DNA from: Laetmonice hystrix
Lineage: Eukaryota
Assembly: GCA_965235115.1 (NCBI GenBank)
Contig: OZ249441.1
Coordinates: 25,420,001-25,484,000, forward strand
DNA: 64,000 nt
Direction: 5' to 3'
How positions within the stretch are numbered: the first letter of the stretch is position 1; each line of letters opens with the position of its first letter. Position numbers and translations under genes: made by a program. The notes below the pieces were generated by a model. The model was given only the letters and a program-made list of their open reading frames with translations. It was not told where the DNA came from and made no database searches. Below, one piece after another: positions 37,901-50,743 of this stretch.

Positions 37901-39803
37901 GGTGGGAGATCCAGACACGGAATCTTTTGGATGCATTTCCTTGGCGCCGGTCAGGGCGGGCAGGTCGTGGTTGTGAGAGGCCCTGATTGGCCGTTGATCA
38001 GGAGTGTCCTCATTGCCCTTGACCCGTGACCTTGGCTGAATGATCTCCACACGTCACAGCCGTCCAGCTCCACTCCCTCTGACACGGCTCGACCACCGTG
38101 AGGCCTACAAACACCATCATTAGGTTGCCTTGAAGCGCCTTAATTAGCAGGTTCTCTTCGGTAACCTGTAAAACTTCAGGCCAACCTGTCCGCTCTGCAG
38201 GAATTAGGGCCCTGCCTGTCAGCCTGGCTGGCAGCCCGCTGGAGAGGCGTCCTTGGCCCTTGCTTGATGGCTTGACACTGATTGTAGGATTAGGACAATA
38301 GCCGGGTTTATTGTGAAATGAGTCTATGCTCTTGGTACATTGGCTTAGCTGTAGGGCATTATAGTTGGCGTGGCAGTTTTAGGGCCGTTGCCAAGAGCGA
38401 CGTAAAACAATTGCCCCAAGCAGCCTGACTGCAACCCGCAAGCTGGTTAAACAGCTAACAAACAGCGGGTCTGTCGCGTAGCCTACAGCATTAGGAGTAC
38501 ATTGTACATGTATATGATTTGAAAACAGGTTTTGCTAACGTTTCCTCACGCCGTTTATTTGCTGTGATTCCAATTTCTACCTAACCTTGTGCAAGTCTTG
38601 GTGCGTGTTATATGGGTGTGAGTGTTATATGGATGTGATTGTTAAGGTCAAGTTTGGTTTCACAGTCCAGGAAGTTCCTGAAGCAGGAACTCCGTGCTCC
38701 GCATGCCATGTTAGTCTCCTAATGTTGCTTGGTTTTGAAAACACTTATTTCTAAGTCACAGTATTCTGAAACCATTTTCAATCGATTGGAAGCGCAGGTA
38801 GGAGTTGGGAATCTCCTGTTTGGCCTTGGTGGGTGGTAAGGGCAGAGAAGGTCGCGCCGATCTTGGCATGGCGACGAGCTTCCCAAATCCAGCCAGGGCG
38901 GCTGGCAGGCAGGGCTGCCACCGCCACGCAGGCGGGAGGGCAGGCAGGCAGCAGGCCCGTCACCCGGCCAAACACGGACACCCGTTCTCAGCTAACTCTC
39001 ACTGCCTGCCACCAGGTGGCCCACGTCCAAGTCTTATAGCGCCGCCCTTCCATTGAAAGGTTCAGCACCGACGTACTGCCCTTACCCTCAAGAAAATCTT
39101 TAAGAAAAGGGAGTTCCCATATATTGAACCAGCTAAATCAAGATTCATGTAAAATTTTTTCACCCTTGCCATGATTATTGCATTTCTTGATAGCATTAGG
39201 GGCCAATTCTAATTGAGCCAGTCAGTTATTAAAGAACTGTTAGGCGGGCCCTTTATGGGGTAAAAGAATCCTTTCATGATATTTTATTACATCGGCCAAA
39301 AGGTATGTTGATGAACATGGTCACCATAAATTATGTTTAACCAGCGACAAAATAAGACAGGAATACAAAAGAAATGTATGGCTTGCCGGAGGAAATTACA
39401 GACTTCTGGTATTTGACCGGAGTGAAGTAAAATTGCAAGGCTCCAGCACAGGATGTTGGCTGTGGTATATTGGTATAAATCATACAGCAAGGTACGGGTG
39501 GCAAGGTAGGACAACTGGAAACGATGAGTAATTATTTCAGGTGATTATCTTCCTACAGGTAGGTCTGGCGTCGGCATCTGGTGTCCAGTCGATGCCCGTC
39601 TGTACGAGGCTGGGGGTGGGGGAAGAGGAGGGGGTCCAGGTTGGCCGGTTCTCGGACAGCACAGAGACAGTTATGGGAATCAGCCACCGAGAACCCCCCC
39701 CCCCTTATATCCCGCCGCCAAACTAGCAGGGGTGACAGCCCCCTCAATTATAAATTATTAATCCTTTGTGTGGGCTGGTTTGTAGTGGGGCTGGCAGACG
39801 AGA

Positions 39804-39813
39804 TGATTGACAG
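39804..39813 (+). promoter_or_regulatory. PBX-MEIS/PREP decamer TGATTGACAG
   Basis: Exact match to the established TALE heterodimer site. Further exact copies lie at 22677-22686 (-) and 23110-23119 (+). Confidence 0.35.
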
Positions 39814-42800
39814 TCCACTATAAGAAACCGACAGCTGCTCTCGGTGAAAACGGTAGTACATAAAGCCAGACTAAAAATACGGGGAAATCTCAAAACAGCA
39901 GCTGTCATGATCAGCATCAGGTTAACGGAACTGATGAAGTAAAGTAACAGAAATACAAGCCTTGAGATGTTATTTCCTCCCTAGTCATCGGATATTTTCA
40001 TTAGCTCATCAGAAGATATCCATGGTTGTGTCAAGGACGTTATTTGGACCACAGTTTCTGGCCTAACACGGGGAATCGGAAGACGAGCTTTTTACTCTTC
40101 ATCTAAAACTGCATTCATTCATTCCTTATGATCAGTGATATCTCAGGTATTCAACCCTGATTGTGTCGTTTGATTGTTTGAGTGGGAGGGAGGTATTTTA
40201 TATTTGATTGATTTATAATACATATATACATGTACAAGAAGAAGAGCTACAGCAGGTGAAGAGTTAAGGGTGTGGATTTTGAGCCTTGAAGTAGCAATCG
40301 TTGATCTGAGGTATAATGAGGTTAAGTGACGTTAGTCAAGATCACACAGACAGTGGGGTTACAGCCTCAGCTGTCGGCCTCTTAACACACCGAGTCCAAC
40401 CTCTGACACGGCGAGCGCCGCTCTCCACAACAGCCTTTCAGGCGCCGTCATCGTATATACAGGCAGCATGCTGGCGTCACTTTGAGAACAAAAAGATATC
40501 GTAGCAGCGTTCTGAAGTGATTCCCCATCAAAGACCTCGGGGAGGCGGCACTGGTGCACTCCGTACATTTCACAGAGTCAGTGAGATCTACCTCTAATGT
40601 CGCCACGGTTCTCAGGTGATGAAACACACGGCAAACGGGGGTGGGATTGGGACTGGAACTGGCCCCCTCCAAGGGGTGAGGGAGCGACCTAGCTCTTCCT
40701 ACAGCATCACTTACCATCCCCTCCACCTCTCTCCCCCTTCTACCCTTATTTTCAACTCTCAGTTATCACAAAACTTAGTTAACTTAGCTATCGGAAAACT
40801 CTTGTTCCCAGGAAAGATATTCATCATGATGTGTGAATAAGTGACCAAACCCATGCACTGCATCTGAAAAAAAGATAGCACAAAAAAGGGGGTCGTATTA
40901 TGGATATGGCATTTAGAGGTTTACATTTCTCCCCAGCCTCTACTTTATAAGACTGCAATCTGGATACTGTCCATGTTAAATCTTTGGAGACAAATGGGGT
41001 GCGGAGTAGCAGGCTCAGCTTCCATTAGAGACCTGGCAACTGACACTTGGTCGTTGAAGTAAAATCCTCATCCATCAACTGGCCGTATGATATGCGCTAA
41101 CCTACAGCACCACTGACAGCACTTTCTTCTCAAAACATGGTTTTAAAATGTAGCCGCCATCTCGCCGTCGGTATGTTTGGATGAGTAATGTGTTGCCAAG
41201 GTAAGAGTTTAAGTTTCATGGATATCCGTTTCTCAGAGCTACATCAGTGCCCCCTGTCGGTGGAACCTATACATTAATCAGCCTTAATTCGATGCCGCTG
41301 TATGAGTAACACTCTAACTGAGCCAATCAATCAACCAGCCCACCCCGGCCGACAACCTCAACACGGACTGCTGAAGCACGTAACAAACTAGTTTATATAT
41401 TGATTTGAACAGTCTAGGTAGGCAGACAGGTGCTCCAGCAGGTGCTGCAACAGCCTGGTCAGAACGTGTACTTTGTTCTCAGGTTTGTTTTTTTATAATT
41501 TAATTGCTTTTGAGTGATGAATCGATATTTTGTAAAAGAATGTTTTAAACATTATTTATACTTTAAGATTCTGATTCCCTATAGTAATGATGGACGACTG
41601 TTTTAAGGTATGGTAGAAGATGAATCGATGGAGTTGATGGGAGGGAGTAAAAGACTTGGAGAATTTTCTTACTGGGCATACATTGTAATGGTAGGACTTG
41701 ACCTATAATGATGAAAGTTTGAAATAATTTTGTACAGTTACTCGATACATCAGAAATTAATTCCAGCACAGAAGCTAGACTGACTGAAAATTGAATCACA
41801 TACATGTATATCTATTAAGTGCATAAATATGTAGTTTTAACATTTATATTTTGCTGGAGCGCCAGCAGGGAGGGGAATGTTATTTATTTGAAAGGAAAAA
41901 TGTAGCTCATATGAATTGTTAGTCTGCTAGTAAATCAGGACCTCAAACCGCCAGTGTACTGTAAATTGTGTATAAGTCCTGTCGTCTGTGCAGACACTCA
42001 GACATTCAGGCAAATGTCATTTCATATAGGTAGATTAATTTGTCCCTAATAGAAGTTGAATCCCATACTTTATGAAACTCCATCTATATAACGGGTTGAC
42101 AAGAATCAAATAAAGCTGATATGGACTGAAATATGAGCCATAATCCCTTCATGGAAAGTGTGCTGCAGACATATTATACAGGCGAGTCGCACACGTTTGT
42201 GTGTTCCAGACTGAACGAGTTCCAAGCTCTGCTGCCCATGCTCGGAAAATGCATTCATGAGTTTGAAAATCATAATGCTTGGCTAAGTTCGATTCGGACT
42301 TAGTGCAGTATGGAGTTAAAACCCTACGACTATCGGTTAGGCCATAGGGCAGCAAGGACCATGTGGACTGGTGGTGGTATTGAGAGGGTGGGCCGGTGGG
42401 GTAGCAGACAATGGGAGCGCGGGCAGGGGGGTATTAGGGTAAAACGCCCCCCTCTACAGACGGGGGCGTGGTGGTGGGTTTGGCGGGGTGTGGAGGGGTG
42501 AGTATAAGCCATGGGTCAGTGGACAGCAGTAGTAGGGACTCAGGGAACACGAGGTGACCAACGCCTCCCTGACCACCGACTGTCGGGTGACGGGGTGACT
42601 GGTCACCCCAGGCCGAGGTCGGGATCTCGTCTGACGAGTCCCGCCTTCCCGCCTCAGTGGACACTGACTTCTTTATGATTTATTCTGGTTTAAAAGTCGG
42701 AGAGAAATTGCACCTGAAGACCATGCACAGTTCAAGGTTCAAAAGATAGGGAAGGGGTGGTCAGTGCTACAGTGGGAGCATCGTCATATTCTTATAAACA

Positions 42801-43454
42801 CTGCAGTCTTTCCCCCTTCTTTTCTTGGCTTTGTACACACGAAGACAAAAAATAAATGCTTAAAAAAAATATTTGAAAAAGCATGGAGAAAAGGTACATG
42901 TCATTACCTATGGGGCAGCATTTTAATCTAGTTTGACTATGATGAATTAGCAGTGAGCCGGTGTGTGTGTGAATGTCGCTCACACTCACAGGGACCATTT
43001 GTTTGATTACAAACTCACGGCGGAACATTGCATGGAGAACAGCTAACATGAAGCGAAATATTCCGTTAGAAATCAAGCTGAAAGAACAATAGGTGTAATA
43101 TGTCAACCTGTCACACACCAGGGTCTTGTCGGTCTACTTGAGGGAAAGGGAGGTAGTTATATGGCTGTTGTAATTACAGGACACCCTCCCCACTGTAATT
43201 ACTCGAGGTTCAGGGTGGTGCCAGCCCCAGCGTTGATATCAAACCTGGGTGATGTAGCCCCATACCACCACGCCCCTAGTTTGTTGTCGATCGTGCCTCC
43301 TACCCTCTAATGAAGGGAAGTCACCCAGGTGACTGCTTTAATTAATAAACAACACACCACCATTACATTGGTAGTTTGGAAACTAAGGTGGGAATGCAGT
43401 TCTGTGGGGGTAACAAGCCAAGGTGGGTTATTCCCCGAAGGTGTCATTCCGAGG

Positions 43455-43511
43455 TAATCTGGGGGTAATCTGTTTTTTTTTTTCGGCGGCCGAGATTAGG
43501 GATTAGGATTA
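43455..43511. promoter_or_regulatory. Homotypic cluster of five K50-homeodomain sites (TAATCY; Otx/Pitx/Gsc class)
   Basis: TAATCT at 43455 and 43466, AGATTA at 43493, and GGATTA at 43500 and 43506. Confidence 0.4.
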
Positions 43512-46500
43512 GGTATGGAGTTAGGTCTTCTCAGATAGACGTTTAGGTCTTCGCCCAAACTTGTAGAAATGTTACCGTGGGGGATTCCCCCCTTCGAGGG
43601 CTATATGAATATCGGTTCAAGATGACATAAGTATTCGTGAATTTGTTTATCCAAGAGGCTGGTGTTGTTTTTTTTTATCAAGAATCAGTTAAAGCCCAAA
43701 CAAGGATATTGTCAGAGCCAGTCTCATTAGTTCACCATGATGAGTTCATTCTCCGATTTAAAGCAACGCAACAGTAAACAATTACTTTGCAGTGCATAAT
43801 AGTGCACCCAGCACTCCCAAATGGTGGGTGTCAATTTTCTCCTAATACTAGAAATGAAATTAGCAGCTTGTAATTTGGGAACACAACATTAACTTATGCG
43901 GGGGGTGGCGATCAGCAAGCGGTCATAGGGGATCTGGGATGGGTAGTTGTAAGGGGATACACCTCAAACATGAGTGGGTGAGTGAGGGTCACTGCAGCAG
44001 CGCAGTCACTTCAGCATCTGCTCGGGGAGGGAGCGTTTTCAGGGTAATGACACAAGGCCAGCGGGGACATGCTGCGTTAATGTTACCGTAATTATGTGGT
44101 GATCGTCCTCAGCCCCACCACAGGCATGACCACCACACAAGCGCCACCACACAGGCGCCACAAAGCGCCGGCTCCGCTTACAAACAGATCGTCGCACTTT
44201 TTGATGCCATCTCCCCAGAGGAAGCGACTCCCGCCAACCCCCAGCGTGGCCGTCATGTCCATCGCCACAGCCCCGACCACTCCCACCAGGGTGTCGTCAA
44301 CACCCAGCGTTCGAACAAAGTGCGGCTACACCTCAGCGTTCGCCCTGCTGGTATGCTCAATGCCATGGTGATTGGCCAGTCATCCCAGCTATGGCCCCCC
44401 TCCGTGTGATTCTCCCACGGTTCTTCACTCTGGATGTCCTCCTGCTGTCCTCACCACAGCAATCGGTCATTGACCACCCAAAACAATGTCCTCCACGAGC
44501 TGCTCTTGTAGGGAGCGGCCACCATGGCTTGCCCTGACCAGATGCCGTCGTCTCATTCCAACCGTCATCTGCTCCAACGTACAGTTAGCATTGCCTCAGG
44601 GCTGACCTTAACATATTACGGTCGTTTATGTGTGAGGTTTCTATGAGGGAGGCTGGAAGGGCCTTTATTGATGCCACCTAACGGTAGGCAGTCTGGTGTG
44701 TCATATGCTGGCGGAGCGAACTGCTCTACCGGCTGCCGGGGCCAGCCCCCTGGTAGGGACCTCCGCCTGCTCACATAGATAGGCTCTGACAAGTAAATTG
44801 TTTGGAAGCACCATCTGTGCCCAGTGGCCGCTTTCCCATACGATCCCCCAGATTGCGGTGGATCAAGTTTCCGCGGTGATACGGCCGTGCCGCCCGCCGG
44901 CCACACCTTCCCGGGCCGGCATCGCTCTGCTCGCCCGTCGGGGCGGTCTACTCCTGATGTCATTACAAGCCCTAACACACCACCAGCCGCCATCCACACC
45001 CTCCAACGTCAGTCTCAAACCGCCACCAGCAGCTTGTTGAGACCAGAAGTTGAGGTGAGCAGTGATACTCATACTGCCGGTAATCTTCCCTAAATGGTTT
45101 GCTGATACTCCACCTTTGTCCCTGGGCAGTAGTCTGACAGCTTCAATCATGTTCATCACACAGCCGCCGCGTCACCCTGTGAGGAATCTGTCGGTCTGCA
45201 GGTGGCAGGGCCCGGCTGGTCACCGACCCATCCTCCTCCACCTCTGCTGGACCATTTCTGGCATATGGCGAGTTGCCGTTCCTGATTCATTTGGCAAGGC
45301 TATAGGGTATGCTCTAGATGAATCAGGGGGTTGTCTGGAATAAACTGAAGCATCATATCGATAAACGTCCGTGTGGGTCGCCAGCGTCGGCCGTACCTTC
45401 TGGAACAATATCTTCAAGCTGTGACGTGAATTGAGAGTAAAGACGTATATCTCACTGTGTCTACAGAAGGGCTGATTGAAGAGCCTGGAAAGGGCTGTGG
45501 AAGGGCATTGCATGGAAGGTGTGGAAGGTCACAGAAAAGCTTGTTGTGAAAACTGCGGGAAGGGCGTGAGGAAGGATTGGTGAACGGGGGAAGGCTGGGA
45601 AGGGCCAGGTGTTGAGGACCCTGTCATTGCTAAGTTTGAATTCAAAATCGCCAAAAACCTTCATAAGGAATAGCAACATGAGGGCAAAAGTTTCCCAATG
45701 ATGGCAACATTGATTGTCAGGTCTGCTTATAGGGTATGTGCCCCAGGAAGAAAACTAAGCTGTACCCTTTTCTGTTTCTTGCATTGGAAACTGTGGAAGG
45801 CCCTCTGATTATCCTGGGTTATGTATTTATCTCTTGCGACCATTCAGCTCTAGTTGGGCTCTGCTCGAACCCTTGATGTTCAGAGGTTCGCAGTGACATT
45901 GAGAGGGTTTCCTATAAAGTGCGCCAGTCACCAAACCTGGCACATATTGACGACCCTCCCACCTGACCTTCCTGCCAAGGTTGACAGCTGTTTGAGGCCT
46001 GCCCTGTAATAGGCGACCGGCGTCCTACTCGATTATAGCTGGATAAGAAAACATCTTCTTTTGGGCAAAGACAGAAGACGCACCCAGATAGCGATGTCTG
46101 AAGTGATTACAACGAAAGGGGACCTCGTCATACTAAAGTGGTAAACATTGCCTGAACCCTTCCCGGAGTGAGATGTAATATTTACACGGTTGTTCCTGGC
46201 CGTAACACGCGGTAATGTACCACGTTCAGACTCTAGTCATGATTTCGTTGAGTTAAGAGTCGCCAGTCTATAAATCACTGATGGTGCTCGGATCACAGGA
46301 GGAACACTTTGACGTCGGACGCCGCGTCATGACGTAGAGAGTCTCCCTTATTCCAGCCTCGTTTCGGTAATTATCGCTGCCAGAGCCGCCCCACGTCCAC
46401 GATCTAACTCCAGCGCCCCAAGCCGTACCTGAAATGACCAGGTGGAAGGTGCAGGTAGGAAGGGTAATTGAAGGAATAATGTTTTAAATGGAGTTCTCCT

Positions 46501-49500
46501 GATGACCTCTCATCGGCTTGTCATGGGGGAAAGGGCCGAATTGTAGGTTATCTCAGCCACTGTTCGGTGTTCTGCTGGTGGGTGATTTACCTCCTCAGAA
46601 AGACTGCCTTACTTACCGTATCGGTGATTAGGGGTAGAGATGGAGGGCTATTCGTTGATAGGTTCACCACAAGATCATGGTGGTGGTATACTTTGGATAT
46701 ATATAATACCAGTGGTGGCTGAAGCCTGGGGCCAGGAAATCGTCAAGCAGTAACAAATTCGACAAGTAAATTTGTTTTTACTCGCATGTTCAGACCTTTC
46801 AAAAGGAGGGGGGCTGGTGTTCTCAAGATCAACAATAGGGCCTACTACATGTTTCCATGGAGAATCATGGCATTTATTTCAATTTCGTGCATCGGAGTAG
46901 CTCAAGGCATGTTAGTTTTTCACTTTTCTTCATCCGATCACGTAAAGTATAGCGTGGTAGCATTGCTCTTTTATCGGTCCTTTATTATACCTGTAGGCAC
47001 AAGAGATTTCTGTGTAACCTGGTCGTTTCCTTGCAGACATACTGTTAGTTTATTCACCGGGAATGATGAACAACCGTACCTGTTGTTTGCTAAACAGTAA
47101 TGTAGAGAAAAAGTCAGTAGAACATTCAAGTTAAAGTCCAGCTAAGCGTGGTAAGACCATGGTGGTGGCGAGTGCAGAATGTGCTTGTTTCCCAGGCCTG
47201 AACTGGAGCCGTATTGTTTGGGGTGGAGGCTGGCAGGCCTGGCAGACAGAGGTAGAGTGTTGTGGTGCAACATGGTGTAAGGCCAGCTAACATGGCCAAC
47301 TCCTACCTGTCAAATAAAAGGGCGCCGTCAACAAATACAGGCATGTCAGGTGAGAGGGAGCAGCGGCGCTCGTTCTGCATACCTGCCCACCAATATCGCA
47401 CCTGGACAGCCGCCGCTTAAACTTCCGGGCTTTTACGACTCACCTGACCGTATCTTAACATGTGAAATGGAATAAGTCGGATTGTTCCCCGGCCTGTAGA
47501 CTTCCACTGTGTTGGTGACGTTGTAGTGGCAGATTGAATGCAAAGTGCATACCTGTGCATGTCAGTGACTTGATGCATGGTGATCAGTGACCTGAAAGTT
47601 GTCTTTGACACAGCGACCTGAGACGGGTGAGAGTGGTGGTGGTGGAGGTGGGGGGGGGGGGGCAGACGGGGGTTCACCCCCACCCCCTACAGGTTCCTGG
47701 TCTTACAGGGAGCATTGTCTGCTGGTGGTGCTATGGTTTTACACTCCTGTCGCTGGCTCCATCTTCAGTCAGGTGTGGTCCCTTCACACAGCGGCTGAAC
47801 ACGGACCTCAGTCCTCCCCGCCATGGTCAACCCGACCGTCAAAACACCTCGGCTCACGATTGTAATGCTAACTCTTGGGAAAGAACGGTCCTCCAGCTAT
47901 GGAATCATGCGTTGACCTCTGATCCAGAATTCCATGCAAGTCGCATGTAGTTTCATGCATTTCAGCAGCGATATTCGGGAACAACCTGTCGACGCCGGTT
48001 GTTGGTTTGTTTGAATTTGTATGACAAAGGCACTGGACAAGTGCTCTTGTTCCTTATACCTACATACTGATGCCAGCCAATTATAATTTGAATTGAATTG
48101 TTAATAGACGCTGCTGGGTTGCTCAGTCTTTTATGCAGAGGTTAAGGAAATAAAGCTATTATAAAGATTTTGTTGAGAGGGTGTAGGAAGTTTTGAGTTC
48201 GGGTTGATTGGAGGGGGTGTTTGGGTGCTGCTCCCCGTGTGGACAGCATGACTGGAGGGCGGGTGAAGGCCACACCCCACCCCGACCCCATCTCACCCAA
48301 ACACACCTGGGCTCGGTCGCCCCACTCAGGGTGCCGGGCACTTGCCCCGACCCCTCGGGCGAGCCACTCGCCATGGGCGCAAGCCTGTCTCGCCGGCTTT
48401 GTGTGCCTCCACCTCCGTCCCTAGGACGGGCCGTCGACTCGTGGTTCGACCCTCTCGTATCCATTAAGCGAGGTAAATTAACCACACCTGAACACCGTAC
48501 ATTTCACTGCATCTTAATGTGGCCGCTTGCCTCGCTGACAAAGCAGCCTTGCCGGGGCCACAAATGGCATTAAGCAGCCGGGGCCTCAGGCTCCAGTCGG
48601 CACCTCGGCGTGGCTTTGAAGGAGTTCACAATCAACGCTGCATTGTGTGACGAAACAAAGCCGCTTGTTGCTTGTGGCTGTTTATGTGGCTGTCAGTAAC
48701 ATGTACGTTTACCCTAGCTACACACTTCCACAAGCCGGTGATGGATTCTAAATGGTTTATCTGTTTGGAATCAGTGCAGTCAGCTGTGTAAATTACATAT
48801 AGCACTGCCCCAAGAAACCACTGGTCCTCTAACACTGTGGAGTGCAGCCGTCAAGGACAAGCTGGCAGTACATATACATTTTTTGTAGTATTGAAACCTG
48901 TTTGCCAGTATAGTGCAGTTCAAATGAAGGACCATATATCTATGAGGCCATCAATGAATGAGGGGGACGGGTTTTGTGAGTTTTGCGGTTGATAGATGTT
49001 TAAGTGGTGTGCATTTACAAATTCATAATGTTGACAAACAAGGCACAATATTATTGACCCACAGGGCTGCGTGAGATTGTTACAGGTAATATGCCTTTTT
49101 TACACGTGTCAGGATGGCTGCAGGCTGGGAGAGGGCTGAATCTGGTCTTTAGTGTTGATCTGGCGATTGTCCTCGCAGGAGAAGACATGGGACCACATAT
49201 ATGGCGTGGTGAAGGTGCCGTCATTGCTGAGGCACTCTTGTTCGTTTGCCATCGAGTTGTAATGCTGCTGTCTTGCATCCTTTGGTCCGTCCCTAATATG
49301 TATTGCCTAACTCTGACCAGTCAATACTTCTAAGTGATATTGTGGGTCACTCTCCCCTTAGCGTAATCTCCTTGAAGACAGCCATCTGACTGACCCGCTC
49401 GTGTTGGGCTCAACCTGCCATTGTGTCGTCCCTGATGTGCTCATCATTGTCAATGATTTATGTCAGCATTGTTGGCCCCCATGTCTGTGTAAACACGACT

Positions 49501-49899
49501 CTGTTTCTGAAACCTGAGATTGTCGATAGACGCCCAACTCAATTGTCGTCCAATTGACGCCCAAAAATAGATGGACAAACGATATTCAATTGAAATTAAT
49601 CACAGTGAAAGTGGATACAGGAAGTGTAATGGTGGCACCAGCCACTGACGAGGTTGAAAGTGGAAATTATAGACGAAGTTCGGTGTTTTTGCAGGGACTA
49701 AGCGTGTTTCACACACGAGTGGTTTGGGGGATGTGGCTCGGCTTATCGTGGGGAGGGCACTCGTCTCTGCGCCTCTCGCTGGAGTCGGGCCAGGGCTGGA
49801 GTGTTGGTCGGAGTGCCAGGAGGGACAGTAGGAACCTCAGTGCAGTGGAACGGTTCACGGGCAGAATAGGGTGGGGACTGCTCCTCCTGTATGGCGAAC

Positions 49900-50743
49900 G
49901 GGACACTGGCGGAACAGGGCAGGGGTAGTTCCTCCAGGCGTGTGGGACACTGACGGAACAGGGCAGGGGTAGTTCCTCCAGGCGCGTGGGACACTGACGG
50001 AACAGGGCAGTGGTAGTTCCTCCAGGCGCGTGGGACACTGACGGAACAGGGCAGGGGTAGTTCCTCCAGGCGCGTGGGACACTGACGGAACAGGGCAGGG
50101 GTAGTTCCTCCAGGCGCGTGGGACACTGACGGAACAGGGCAGTGGTAGTTCCTCCAGGCGTGTGGGACACTGACGGAACAGGGCAGTGGTAGTTCCTCCA
50201 GGCGCGTGGGACACTGGCGGAACAGGGCAGGGGTAGTTCCTCCAGGCGCGTGGGACACTGACGGAACAGGGCAGGGGTAGTTCCTCCAGGCGCGTGGGAC
50301 ACTGACGGAACAGGGCAGGGGTAGTTCCTCCAGGCGCGTGGGACACTGACGGAACAGGGCAGGGGTAGTTCCTCCAGGCGCGTGGGACACTGACGGAACA
50401 GGGCAGGGGTAGTTCCTCCAGGCGCGTGGGACACTGAAGGAACAGGGCGGGGGTAGTTCCTCCAGGCGCGTGGGACACTGATGGAACAGGGCAGGGGTAG
50501 TTCCTCCAGGCGCGTGGGACACTGGCGGAACAGGGCAGGGGTAGTTCCTCCAGGCGCGTGGGACACTGGCGGAACAGGGCAGGGGTAGTTCCTCCAGGCG
50601 CGTGGGACACTGACGGAACAGGGCAGGGGTAGTTCCTCCAGGCGCGTGGGACACTGATGGAACAGGGCAGGGGTAGTTCCTCCAGGCGCGTGGGACACTG
50701 AAGGAACAGGGCGGGATAGTTCCTCCTTGCGAGCGGGACATTG
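49900..50743. repeat. GC-rich minisatellite, 44-bp unit, 19 copies
   Basis: The unit is GGGACACTGACGGAACAGGGCAGGGGTAGTTCCTCCAGGCGCGT. GGGACAC recurs every 44 bp from 49900 to 50692, with decayed copies at both flanks. The array explains the 251-363 aa repetitive minus-strand ORFs. Confidence 0.97.

Noticed and set aside
38752-38790. Homeodomain helix-3-like KWFQN on the minus strand (and WFQPR near 33160 on +)
   Set aside because: An in-frame stop lies immediately upstream, the RRxK is missing, and there is no helix 1/2 sequence.
39061-39081. RE1 left half-site TTCAGCACC
   Set aside because: The right half-site does not match.
39280-39528. 83-codon open frame containing GCWLWYIG, faintly like His-Me finger endonucleases
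   Set aside because: There is no start codon or good splice acceptor, the motif is incomplete, and a frame of this length is expected by chance.
39898-39910. CAGCTGTCATGAT resembling part of miR-1989
   Set aside because: The match is only 13 nt with no hairpin, within chance expectation.
41708-41787. C/D-box snoRNA candidate (ATGATGA ... CTGA)
   Set aside because: There is no terminal stem and no recognisable rRNA-antisense element.
48436-48452. Pol III B-box-like GGTTCGACCC (tRNA or SINE)
   Set aside because: There is no A-box, cloverleaf or poly-T terminator.
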